A DNA stretch of 64,000 nt from Vicinamibacterales bacterium (GTDB taxonomy: Bacteria > Acidobacteriota > Vicinamibacteria > Vicinamibacterales > UBA8438). Where the stretch lies: positions 1,968,323 through 2,032,322 of the forward strand of contig OZ252042.1 of the NCBI GenBank assembly GCA_965247955.1, read 5' to 3'. Shown piece after piece: positions 1 to 8,273 of the stretch (the stretch's first letter is position 1; each line of letters begins with the position of its first letter). The position numbers and the translations under genes are program-made. The notes beneath the pieces are model-generated. The model searched no databases and was not told where the DNA came from. It saw nothing but the letters and a program-made list of their open reading frames with translations.

Positions 1-19
1 TACATGTTATATTCATGAT

Positions 20-358
20 ATGGCATGGGCGGTTGAGAGCTACCAGACCGAGGGCGGATCAGATGTCCTCGATGTCTTCGTGAATGCCCTTGACCGACCG
101 CAGCAAGCGGAAGCGCTGGCGCTCCTCCAACTCCTGGAGCAGCGTGGCAATCAGCTGCGGTTGCCACACTCGCGCGCCCTTGGCCACGGGCTGCTCGAAC
201 TGCGCGGCCGGAGGTACGGCGTGCGCATGTTCTACGGCTACCTCCCGGGGCGGCGCGCGATCGTGGTCGGCGGCATCGTGAAGAAGCGGGATACGATCCC
301 CGCGCACGTCGTGACGGAGATGCGTGACCGGCTGGCCGATGTCAGGAGGAATCGCTAA
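20..358 (+). CDS. type II toxin, RelE/HigB superfamily (phage Gp49-like)
   Basis: 112-aa ORF typical in size and composition for Gp49/HigB-like toxins. An XRE HTH ORF follows 7 nt later. A TATATT -10 element lies 7 nt upstream of the ATG. Confidence 0.65.
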   Translation: MAWAVESYQTEGGSDVLDVFVNALDRPQQAEALALLQLLEQRGNQLRLPHSRALGHGLLELRGRRYGVRMFYGYLPGRRAIVVGGIVKKRDTIPAHVVTEMRDRLADVRRNR

Positions 359-364
359 GAGGGG

Positions 365-727
365 GTGCACACAATGAGGAAGAAGCGACAGACCACGAAG
401 CCCTGGCGACCGTCCATGAACCGGCGGCTCGCCAACGATCCCGAACTCCACGCGATGGTGGAACGCGAGCTTGAAGGCATGCAGATCGCCCAAGACCTGG
501 TGCGCCTCCGAGAACGGCGCGGCCTCACGCAGCAAGACATGGCGGCCGCGATCGGGCGCAGTCAACCCTTAATTGCGCGTCTCGAGGCGGGGACGGCGAC
601 GAATGTGCAACTCAAAACCCTCATTCGGTATGCGGCCGCGGCGGGTTCGTCCGTACGGCTCTCGTTTGTCGCTCGGCGACCGCGCACCTCCGGCGCGACC
701 AAGGCGCGTCGCGCCTCTGGATCATGA
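365..727 (+). CDS. XRE-family HTH antitoxin partner
   Basis: HTH segment RERRGLTQQDMAAAIGRSQPLIARLEAG. Tightly coupled to the preceding toxin ORF. Confidence 0.65.
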   Translation: MHTMRKKRQTTKPWRPSMNRRLANDPELHAMVERELEGMQIAQDLVRLRERRGLTQQDMAAAIGRSQPLIARLEAGTATNVQLKTLIRYAAAAGSSVRLSFVARRPRTSGATKARRASGS

Positions 728-951
728 TGGGACGGTGACCGTGTCTCTTCAAGAGATGAGGATACGCTGGTGACCGCACAAGAAGTCACCGCCCCGTGGA
801 ATTGGTCGCGTCACGCGGCGAAGATTGGTCGGATTCGCTCGAAGGCGAGGGCATGTAATTGTACTAATGAAAGCGGATTTTGTGATTTTGTCTTGGAGGA
901 ATGGGTAGTGGTCTAGTTTGAAAAGCGCGGCCCCCTGGACAGATCGTCTCG

Positions 952-1185
952 ATGTGCGACAATTGGGTCGTGCCGACTCGGGCGAAAAAGAAACGGCCTC
1001 GCGATCCGAACCAGTTGGGTAAACTCGTCGTCGACATTGCGACGGGCGCAGCCCAGGACTCCGCTCCTCCTGGCCCCCAACGGGCAGGTGGCCTAAAGGG
1101 TGGTCCAGCCAGGGCGAACCGGCTGACGCCGATAGAGCGGACGGAAATCGCGAAGCTGGCTGCCCAGGCACGCTGGAAGAAATAG
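952..1185 (+). CDS. small basic protein (RPRDPNQL / RANRLTPIERTEIAKLAAQARW motifs), passenger gene
   Basis: 77-aa ORF with Lys/Arg-rich ends. The motif pattern resembles a widespread small protein often found near TA loci. Confidence 0.45.
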   Translation: MCDNWVVPTRAKKKRPRDPNQLGKLVVDIATGAAQDSAPPGPQRAGGLKGGPARANRLTPIERTEIAKLAAQARWKK

Positions 1186-1192
1186 CTGCTAA

Positions 1193-1645
1193 CTACTGCT
1201 GGCGTTCTGCAACATCTTCGCTGAAATCCAAGATTATCTGGATTTCGGGCACCTTCTCCTCGTTCATATCGTTGTAGACAATCACGTCGGTATTCAACTG
1301 AGCGCATTCGCCAACGATGTGCTCCCGACGTTGCGCAAAGGCTTTCTCCATGTGCTCATGGGGAGCGAATCCCATGATTGCCCAGAAGGACTGTGGCTTG
1401 CCGTCCTTGGTGGTCCGAACGGCATGGTTGACCCTATAGCGGTGACCCTTATGGGTGTCCAGCTCCTGCGCCAGGGCCTTGGACATTTGGTTCGCGAGAA
1501 CCTCGCACGGATCGATTGGAGGTGGCGTTGCGAGCAAGCCCTGGTTGATGGCCCAGTCAACGGCGTCCCGAGTACGAGATGGTGCATGTTCGTGCTCTGT
1601 CTCGTACAAGTGGAAAATGGCCTGCAGTGTCTCGTTCTTGGTCAT
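1193..1645 (-). CDS. hypothetical protein, third gene of the passenger operon
   Basis: 150 aa with no family recognised. Starts 17 nt after the stop of the XRE-peptidase gene on the same strand. Clean codon usage. Confidence 0.6.
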   Translation of the reverse strand: MTKNETLQAIFHLYETEHEHAPSRTRDAVDWAINQGLLATPPPIDPCEVLANQMSKALAQELDTHKGHRYRVNHAVRTTKDGKPQSFWAIMGFAPHEHMEKAFAQRREHIVGECAQLNTDVIVYNDMNEEKVPEIQIILDFSEDVAERQQ

Positions 1646-1662
1646 TGGTCAAGCCTCTGGAT

Positions 1663-2790
1663 TCATAGCGACACGGGAATGGTCTGCCCCCATCCATCGG
1701 CCATCGCCGAGGGCAGCACGAATTGACGTATTTTGACAAGGTGACGCGTTAGGTAATCCCAGCGGTCCATTCGCTTTTGCATCTGACCAATGATCAGTCC
1801 AGGGTGCCGCTGATGGAGCTTCGCAAAAGCCACAACATCCTTCTCGTAGTAGTACGGCTTCTTTCTCAGTAGGAAAGAAGCAAGCTTGTCTCGCGGGGCA
1901 CAGAAATCTGCCGCAGCCGCATTCGCAGCGATTTCCTCCGGGAGAATCGTGACCCCGGCGCGGGGTGCTCCAGCCAAGTCTTCGTCGATTACTTCCTCGT
2001 CCTGGCCGTCTCTCCGAAGAACGTGCTCGATCTCATGGCGCAGGACAAACCAGAAGTTATCGATGGTGTCTCGCTGCAGCGACATGCCGATGACGGGCGA
2101 GTTGTCGTTGAGCCAAAAACACACTCCGTCGATTCTCGCCTTCGGTAGTTTCTCAACGACGACGAACCGGATGCCGCATTCGGCCATGATTCGCGGTACA
2201 TGGCGTGTCTCTTCAGGAGCCCGAAGCAACGATTCCAGATCGCCGAGGGCCGTCTTCAACGCCTGCTTGGAGTACGCCGGGACCGTGATCGATTTGGCAA
2301 TCTGACGCACGCGAAAGAGCCATGCCAGTTGAGGTGCGGGAATGTGCCGTTCCTCATAGCGGCTCTTCTTCGCCGCGTGCGACAGGTACGGAATCTCGCT
2401 GGCGTCGGCAACCTCAAAGAAGCGCATAAACTGCGACTCCAACAGGGTCGTATCAGACGGTTCGATCCAACCCCGGCGAATCATCTCTCTGACCGGGAAT
2501 GCGCTCTGCATGTTCCGCCGCGCGGGGATGCTCGGGTCCGGGGTCTTGGCCTGCGACAGGTCGTAAGCCTGTTGGAGGTTCGCAAAGAACTCTGCGGACA
2601 CATCGAACGCCTCGCCGAGCGCCCGAGCCATATCGGCGCTGATCCCGCGCTTTCCAGACAGAATCATGTTCACGATCTGTTCCCTACAGCCAAGAATGAA
2701 CGCAAGGTCGCGCTGGAGCCAGCCACGTGTCTCCATCTCCTCCTTGATGTAGGAACCGGGGTGTTCGATCCACTCAGCATTCACAGTCAT
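1663..2790 (-). CDS. XRE HTH fused to an ImmA/IrrE (COG2856) zinc metallopeptidase domain
   Basis: 375 aa. N-terminal HTH (LQRDLAFILGCREQIVNMILSGKRGISADMARAL). HEIEH zinc motif (LRHEIEHVL) in the C-terminal half. Starts 9 nt after the HigB-like ORF. Confidence 0.8.
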   Translation of the reverse strand: MTVNAEWIEHPGSYIKEEMETRGWLQRDLAFILGCREQIVNMILSGKRGISADMARALGEAFDVSAEFFANLQQAYDLSQAKTPDPSIPARRNMQSAFPVREMIRRGWIEPSDTTLLESQFMRFFEVADASEIPYLSHAAKKSRYEERHIPAPQLAWLFRVRQIAKSITVPAYSKQALKTALGDLESLLRAPEETRHVPRIMAECGIRFVVVEKLPKARIDGVCFWLNDNSPVIGMSLQRDTIDNFWFVLRHEIEHVLRRDGQDEEVIDEDLAGAPRAGVTILPEEIAANAAAADFCAPRDKLASFLLRKKPYYYEKDVVAFAKLHQRHPGLIIGQMQKRMDRWDYLTRHLVKIRQFVLPSAMADGWGQTIPVSL

Positions 2791-2799
2791 AAGTCACCC

Positions 2800-3093
2800 T
2801 TAGTGGTAGTCTTCAACTTGTAGGATGGTTACTCTGTTCGGCTTGGATTCTGTGTCGATTGTAAAGACCAATCGCCATTGGTCGTTAATCCGAATCGAAC
2901 GTTCTTCACGTCGTCCTTTCAGCTTCTCGTAGTGCAGGCTCTTCCAGTTCCGCAGCGTTCGCTCGTCAGGTGCCTGTCGAATCACATGTAGTTTTCGCCT
3001 CAACGCTTTGATGACAGCAATCGGCAGTCGGGTCTCGGCGGCACGGTCCGTCTCGACAAGCGCAAGGGACGTGTCGCGGAACTCGATCTCCAT
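2800..3093 (-). CDS. higB: HigB-like (plasmid maintenance system killer) toxin
   Basis: 97 aa. The C-terminal RINDQWRLVF...V.ILQVEDYH pattern is typical of HigB/RelE-fold toxins. First gene of a 3-gene operon. Confidence 0.7.
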   Translation of the reverse strand: MEIEFRDTSLALVETDRAAETRLPIAVIKALRRKLHVIRQAPDERTLRNWKSLHYEKLKGRREERSIRINDQWRLVFTIDTESKPNRVTILQVEDYH

Positions 3094-3159
3094 CCAATCA
3101 CCGAAAACAGTATAGAGAAATACACTACTGAACGCAACTCGTTAAATTATCTTTTATGC

Positions 3160-3188
3160 TTGACATATCAGGTCTGGTTGATTACACT
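3160..3188 (+). promoter_or_regulatory. candidate sigma70-type promoter for the IS transposase (leaderless geometry)
   Basis: TTGACA (3160-3165), 17-nt spacer, TACACT (3183-3188). The ATG at 3196 lies 7 nt after the -10 element and has no SD. Confidence 0.4.
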
Positions 3189-3195
3189 TCGTCTC

Positions 3196-4038
3196 ATGAA
3201 TCGGCTAGACACGAAACGGCGGGCACAAGTCGTCGCCGCCCTAGTCGAAGGCAACAGCCTCCGGGCAACTGCCAGGATGACGGGCGTGGCTCGGATGACC
3301 GTCGAGAAGCTGCTGCGCGACTTGGGCGCAGCTTGTGCCGCGTACCAGGACGAGCATCTGCAGAATCTGCCCTGCCGCCGTATTCAGTGCGACGAGATCT
3401 GGTCGTTCGTGTACGCCAAAGCGAAGAACGTCGAGAGTGCGAAGGACGCGCCCGACGTGGCGGGCGACGTGTGGACTTGGACGGCCATTGATGCCGACAC
3501 CAAGCTGGTGCCATCGTGGCGCATCGGCTCGCGTGACTTGGCGACGGCCTATGACTTCATGCACGACCTTGCTGACCGGCTTCGGCACCGCGTGCAGCTC
3601 ACGACAGACGGCCACAAGCCCTACCTGGAGGCCATCGAGAGCGCGTTCAATTTGGACGTGGATTACGCGGTGCTCCAGAAGATTTACGGCGCGGACCCGC
3701 AGCCGCAGAAGCGGTACAGCCCTGCCAATTGCCTGGGCTACGACGTGAAGACGGTCACCGGCGAGCCGAACCCGAAGCACATCTCAACCAGCTTCGTTGA
3801 ACGGCAGAATCTCACGATGCGGATGAGCATGCGGAGATTCACGAGGCTGACCAACGCCTTCTCAAAGAAGGTCGAGATGCACGCGCACTCGGTGGCGCTG
3901 CATTTCATGCACTACAACTTCGTGAAGATCCACTCGACGCTGAGGACGACCCCGGCGCAGGCCGCTGGCGTGACCGACCGGCTGTGGGAAATTTCGGACC
4001 TCGTGGAATTGCTCGAAAGTACCGAGTCGTCAAACTAG
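3196..4038 (+). CDS. IS1-family DDE transposase (single-ORF type)
   Basis: 280 aa from ATG 3196; the ORF-track start at 3160 is a TTG inside the -35 element. N-terminal HTH. The C-terminal FVERQNLTMRMSMRRFTRLTNAFSKK motif is characteristic of IS1 transposases. The stop codon lies inside the right IR. Confidence 0.85.
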   Translation: MNRLDTKRRAQVVAALVEGNSLRATARMTGVARMTVEKLLRDLGAACAAYQDEHLQNLPCRRIQCDEIWSFVYAKAKNVESAKDAPDVAGDVWTWTAIDADTKLVPSWRIGSRDLATAYDFMHDLADRLRHRVQLTTDGHKPYLEAIESAFNLDVDYAVLQKIYGADPQPQKRYSPANCLGYDVKTVTGEPNPKHISTSFVERQNLTMRMSMRRFTRLTNAFSKKVEMHAHSVALHFMHYNFVKIHSTLRTTPAQAAGVTDRLWEISDLVELLESTESSN

Positions 4039-4054
4039 ACCACTACCAAGGAAT

Positions 4055-4156
4055 CGGCCCCTAATGTAGCGGTTTGACCGAAATACTCCCGTTTGGAATG
4101 TAGCGGTTTGACCGTTGAAAACTCCCACAAATCACATGATTCTGTGGAAATCATCC
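4055..4156. repeat. ori-like region A, proximal part: two iterons plus conserved box
   Basis: AATGTAGCGGTTTGACCG at 4063-4080 and 4097-4114, 34 bp apart. An adjacent ~45-bp box (4115-4156; minus strand GATTTCCACAGAATCATGTGA..GTTTTC) is homologous to boxes at 10243 and 23378. Lies 240-330 bp downstream of the repA stop. Confidence 0.6.
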
Positions 4157-4392
4157 GACCCGTCCTCTGGCCTCTCGGGCGCGAGGACGGGCTAGGAGAG
4201 GCGACCGCGGCCGGGGCACCCCTCTCACAGCCCGTCCCTGGCGCGGTCGACGCGCCTGGAGCCGCTCAGGCGCCGGCTACGGGCCGATGAGGAAGTCGAG
4301 CGCCTTGAGCAGCACGACGAAGGCCGAGCCCGTCACACAGAGCGTGATCGTCAACCTGGTTTCGAGCCTGGCGAGCGTATCGAGCATGACGA

Positions 4393-5367
4393 CTATTCCA
4401 CGAGGCGCAGCTGCGAGGGCGGGATACGAGAGGGTGAGGGAGAGAGCAGCAACGCGCCCTTTGGCGTCGAGTAGTGAAGGTCTGGCCAGGCGCTTTTAAT
4501 TTTCGTCAGCTCCCGAAGGCACTTCGTACGAAAGTCGTTCACGATGTTCGTATCGCTTACGTGGGCCGGGTTCGATCCGAACTGACGGTACAGTCGCGGC
4601 CACGTGAGGCGCAGCGGGCGCTTCAACGTGAACGTCCGGTAGGCGAGCCACATGTAGAGATCGAGGCCCAACGAGGATCGCTTCATAGTCTTCAGGATGT
4701 GCAGGTCGAGCGGCACGGGATGGCGAATGACTTCCTCGAAAAACTTCTCACCAAGTTCGATCTTGCTCTCCCACAGCGTGCGGTCGTCGGGACGCCGCGG
4801 ATGCCACCAAAACTCTGTCCGATCGGCGACCAGCGAATTGACGCTCACTTCGCCGTGCTCGTGTTCATAGACCAACTGGACATAAGCATTAAACAGCCGC
4901 CGCATCTGCTCTTGGAGCCGACTACGCACCGCGCCGCCGCTGTTGTAGACACCCACACTCCGCATGAACGCCGAGAGCGAATCGCCGAGGATGAGCTCGC
5001 GGCTTTGCGTCCGCACCGCTTCGGTGCAGACCCACGCCAGGAGCAGGCGCGGGAAGTTACCGTAGGGCAATTTGTTGTCAACCCCAGCGGTCATGGCTAG
5101 AGTGAGCGGCCCATTGCGCCGGACGTGCTGCAGGCGGTCGCCGGGGTCGGTGCGCGGCAACGAACAGAGCGCGAGCATCCGCGCCATGAAGCCCAGGTCG
5201 GCGTCCACTTCACTGACCGCGACGAGCTGCGTTACCTGGTCGAGTTGGGTGAAGTGGCGGCGAGCCTGGGGCGCGCGTTCTCGGCGCGTGGGCACCAGGA
5301 CGCCGGGCAGGTCGACACCGGCGACCAACTCGCCGAGGGGCACGAACCCGTCTCGTTTACGCGCCAC
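4393..5367 (-). CDS. repA: plasmid replication initiator RepA (RepA_C type), apparently intact
   Basis: 324 aa. Motifs LALCSLPRT, RNGP.TL and LPYGNFPRLLLAWVCTEAVRTQ are shared with three paralogues in the window. Only full-length copy. Confidence 0.8.
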   Translation of the reverse strand: MARKRDGFVPLGELVAGVDLPGVLVPTRRERAPQARRHFTQLDQVTQLVAVSEVDADLGFMARMLALCSLPRTDPGDRLQHVRRNGPLTLAMTAGVDNKLPYGNFPRLLLAWVCTEAVRTQSRELILGDSLSAFMRSVGVYNSGGAVRSRLQEQMRRLFNAYVQLVYEHEHGEVSVNSLVADRTEFWWHPRRPDDRTLWESKIELGEKFFEEVIRHPVPLDLHILKTMKRSSLGLDLYMWLAYRTFTLKRPLRLTWPRLYRQFGSNPAHVSDTNIVNDFRTKCLRELTKIKSAWPDLHYSTPKGALLLSPSPSRIPPSQLRLVE

Positions 5368-5665
5368 GGCTTTGTGTCCTGCCCGCGCCCTCGCGACCGC
5401 TCAGCCAGTCTTCCAAGAGCGCCTGGAGCAAGTCTGACACATCCCGATCGGTCGATTCGTCGAGCAAGGCTCGCATCACGTTCCGGTGCGTGTCTTTCCG
5501 CACGAGCGCGCTGATCTGTTTGTAGTCGGGGTTACTCCGCTTGCCGCGGCGCGGCCGACCAAGGCTGCGCACGGCCCCCCGTTGGTCGTCACGGTCTCCC
5601 TCCGCGACGGCGGTCGCGCCAGTCCTGGCGTCCATCAATCCCGCAAAACGATTGTGCTTACCCAT
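5357..5665 (-). CDS. ParG-like ribbon-helix-helix partition protein
   Basis: 102 aa from ATG 5665, overlapping the parA stop. Basic N-terminal tail, then an RHH-like segment (YKQISALVRKDTHRNVMRALLDES). Position is typical of type Ib par loci. Confidence 0.5.
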   Translation of the reverse strand: MGKHNRFAGLMDARTGATAVAEGDRDDQRGAVRSLGRPRRGKRSNPDYKQISALVRKDTHRNVMRALLDESTDRDVSDLLQALLEDWLSGREGAGRTQSRGA

Positions 5666-6260
5666 GTGCCAGAATCTCCGTTCCCAAAACCTCGTAGGCA
5701 CGCCATGCCCGCCGTGCCCGCCGATCCGTGACGGCATGTACCAAGACACCTTCACTCGCAGCCTTGTCGAAGGCTTTGAGGCGAGGAATTTCAGCCGTAA
5801 AGAGAGGGATCCCCTGCGCCACCAATGCCGCGCGGAGGTCTTGCCCGTCGGTTTCCGGTGGTGGCGGGACTTTCGTGAGCAGCACCCAGTAGTTCTTGGC
5901 CGCCAGGCCATGGAGGGTCTGCAGCGTCCGTTGCAAGGCGCGGGTGTCAAGGGCGGCCGGTACCGTGGGGATGATCAGCACATCACAGCCCTGGGCTAAC
6001 TGGGCCAGGTCCGCAGGGTCCGGCTGCGCGTCTGTATCAATGACGACATGGTCGAACTGCCGCGCTGTGTGGGTGCCTTCCGCGACATCGACAATCGCGA
6101 ACGGGAGCGATCCTCCGGCCGCGCCCCATTCGGTCGCGCTACGGTTGGGGTCTCCATCGATCAGCACGGTCGCCGCGCGCGTCTGGAAATACGCGGCGAG
6201 ATGCACGGCGGTCGTGGTCTTCCCGACGCCGCCCTTGTCCGCGGCGACCGTGATGTACAC
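5658..6260 (-). CDS. parA: ParA partition ATPase (small, type Ib)
   Basis: Deviant Walker A motif KGGVGKTT at the N-terminus. 200 aa. Confidence 0.85.
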   Translation of the reverse strand: MYITVAADKGGVGKTTTAVHLAAYFQTRAATVLIDGDPNRSATEWGAAGGSLPFAIVDVAEGTHTARQFDHVVIDTDAQPDPADLAQLAQGCDVLIIPTVPAALDTRALQRTLQTLHGLAAKNYWVLLTKVPPPPETDGQDLRAALVAQGIPLFTAEIPRLKAFDKAASEGVLVHAVTDRRARRAWRAYEVLGTEILAHG

Positions 6261-6442
6261 GGGGTCCAGCTTACCATTTTATGTACTCACATATCTATAA
6301 TTACGATTTATTTAAAATTATGAATACGTATGTATGCAATTTTTAGTGGCTAGGGGCCAACTACTGGGGATGATCGGCCCGAAGTATTAAATATATACTT
6401 ATTGTATATACTACTGAATCGCCTTTGGGCAGCCAGTGTGTG

Positions 6443-6742
6443 ATGCCGTCGCCGTTTGAGTGGGATGAGGAAAAAGCCCGGGCAAACCGCGCTAAACACG
6501 GCATCGGTTTTGAGGAAGCCACAGGCATCTTCACCAGCCCAATACTCACCGCGCCGGATACCCGTCAGGACTATGGCGAAGAGCGTTGGATCAGCTATGG
6601 ATCACTGGGGCCGCGGGTGGTCCTCGTCGTGGTACACACCCGCCGCCGCGGGCGCATCCGGCTGATTTATGCCCGCAAGGCCAACGTCAAGGAAAGGCAG
6701 GCGTACTATGAGTCTCTTGAGAGATCGGCTCCGAACCATTGA
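6443..6742 (+). CDS. brnT: BrnT (DUF497) toxin
   Basis: FEWDEEKARANRAKHGIGFEEA signature. Start taken at ATG 6443. Confidence 0.75.
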   Translation: MPSPFEWDEEKARANRAKHGIGFEEATGIFTSPILTAPDTRQDYGEERWISYGSLGPRVVLVVVHTRRRGRIRLIYARKANVKERQAYYESLERSAPNH

Positions 6743-6965
6743 GGCGATACCGGACGAGGCCCTCGACTATTCGGACATCCCGGAAGCTGATGCCAACTTC
6801 TGGCGGCGCGCCGAACTCCAGATGCCGCAGCCGAAAAAAGGCATCTATATCCGCTTAGACACCGACGTGCTCACATGGCTGAAGTCGAAGGGGAAGGGAT
6901 ACCAGACCCGCATGAACGCCATCCTCCGGGCGCTCATGGAACGCGATCAGCAGCACCCGCGTTAA
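6708..6965 (+). CDS. brnA: BrnA antitoxin
   Basis: The IYIRLDTDVLTWLKSKGKGYQTRMNAILRALM C-terminal pattern is typical of BrnA. Overlaps the brnT 3' end. Confidence 0.7.
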   Translation: MSLLRDRLRTIEAIPDEALDYSDIPEADANFWRRAELQMPQPKKGIYIRLDTDVLTWLKSKGKGYQTRMNAILRALMERDQQHPR

Positions 6966-7268
6966 CCACCGCGGCGCGTTCGGCACATGGCAACCAACCC
7001 ACGTGCTCGACGTTTGCGAGACAGAGAATCCGACACTGGAAACGACACAACGTGGCGCCCGTCTGACGGCGCCATGGCCCGTGTGTCGCAAACGGCCGTT
7101 TGCGACACGCGGGCGAAAGCGCTCCCAGGCGCGCGCCGGCGCGTGTCGTATCCCGTGTCTGATTCTATGTGTTGCAGACGTCAAGCGCGTGTGCCTGTAC
7201 CGTGCACCGCACGCGCCCTGCGGCGATGTCCCCGCGAATTGAGGAGCACGGTCCCGGCTTGGGTTCCC

Positions 7269-7529
7269 TCACTCACCACGGATTCTGGTGGCCTTTCCAC
7301 GTGACGCGAACAGTCCATCAAGCGCTTCTTCGAGAAGCGCCTGGACAGTGGTGCGTTCTTCGACAGCTAGGAATCGGAGCTGCTGGGCCACCTCGTCATC
7401 AAAGTAGCCTCCGATGTGACGTCGCGCCTTGCGGCCCGCGGTGGCTGGCGTGGACAGCGGTGCGGATTTGGGTGTGGTCTTCAGAGCTGCGGCGAATTTG
7501 TTTTGGTTCGTCATGCTGTGACCTTGCAT
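7269..7529 (-). CDS. ParG-like RHH partition protein
   Basis: 86 aa, overlapping the parA stop. RHH-like segment IGGYFDDEVAQQLRFLAVEERTTVQALLEEAL. Confidence 0.5.
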   Translation of the reverse strand: MQGHSMTNQNKFAAALKTTPKSAPLSTPATAGRKARRHIGGYFDDEVAQQLRFLAVEERTTVQALLEEALDGLFASRGKATRIRGE

Positions 7530-8146
7530 AGTTGCAGGTGTGCAGTTATGAAGTCGTGCAACTGTTCTATCTCAGTGGCAGCCTTGCCGTTGGGCTCAAT
7601 CTCTTGGGCGGCTTGGCCGGTGATGAGCGCTCGGGCCAGCGCCACGCGCTGGCCGAGACGTACAGGACAGACCTCAATAGCTAGATCGGTCAAGGTTGCC
7701 GCGGCATGATCGGCGTCGTGTCCAGCTGGCGCGACGGCATTCAGCACCACAAAGGTCGGCGTGCCAGTGGTGCGGACCAATCGCAGGGTGGATTGGATCG
7801 CCTCAAGGTCCATGATCGCGGTCCGACAAGGGATAAGCACGAGATCGGCGGCGTCAGCGACCTTCAGTGTGGCGTCGTTGTCATGAGGCGCCGTGTCCAG
7901 GTAGAGCATGTCACCCTCGGTTTGTCGCACACGGGCAATCTCCGGGGTGAGTCGGCTGGCGTGAGCCGAGAGGACGACAGGGAGCGCGGCCTCGCGGCGG
8001 TCCCTCCAACTCGCGGCGCTGGCTTGCGGGTCCAAGTCGATGATGGCGGTGTTCCGTCCCGCGCGGGTGGACGACACGGCCAGGTGCAAGGCGACGGTCG
8101 TCTTTCCGGCGCCCCCTTTCTGACTAATGATGGCAATGGTGTTCAT
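7511..8146 (-). CDS. parA: ParA partition ATPase
   Basis: MNTIAIISQKGGAGKTT Walker A motif. Start moved to ATG 8146 (ORF-track start is 8233). Confidence 0.85.
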   Translation of the reverse strand: MNTIAIISQKGGAGKTTVALHLAVSSTRAGRNTAIIDLDPQASAASWRDRREAALPVVLSAHASRLTPEIARVRQTEGDMLYLDTAPHDNDATLKVADAADLVLIPCRTAIMDLEAIQSTLRLVRTTGTPTFVVLNAVAPAGHDADHAAATLTDLAIEVCPVRLGQRVALARALITGQAAQEIEPNGKAATEIEQLHDFITAHLQLCKVTA

Positions 8147-8273
8147 CAGCGCAAGAAAGAATACCTGCACGGCTGCATGCCTGCAATAGTGAAGGTATTC
8201 CATCCTGCACGGAGGATATGTGCAGGTGTGCAAGATTGCATGTGTGCATGACTGTACCTGGGTGACCGCCGGG

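Larger units (their letters stand above)
903..4047. mobile_element. IS1-family insertion sequence carrying passenger genes, copy 1
   Basis: Block 897-4047 is repeated at 25770-28920, and all ORF translations are identical. 18-bp terminal inverted repeats GGTAGTGGTCTAGTTTGA (904-921) and TCAAACTAGACCACTACC (4030-4047). IS1-type transposase at the right end. Boundaries +/- 6 bp. Confidence 0.8.

Noticed and set aside
7533-8232. 12-mer TGCAGGTGTGCA present at 7533-7544 and 8221-8232, flanking the second parA; considered as a centromere repeat.
   Set aside because: A 12-mer match within 1 kb is expected by chance several times in 64 kb. One copy also lies inside coding sequence.
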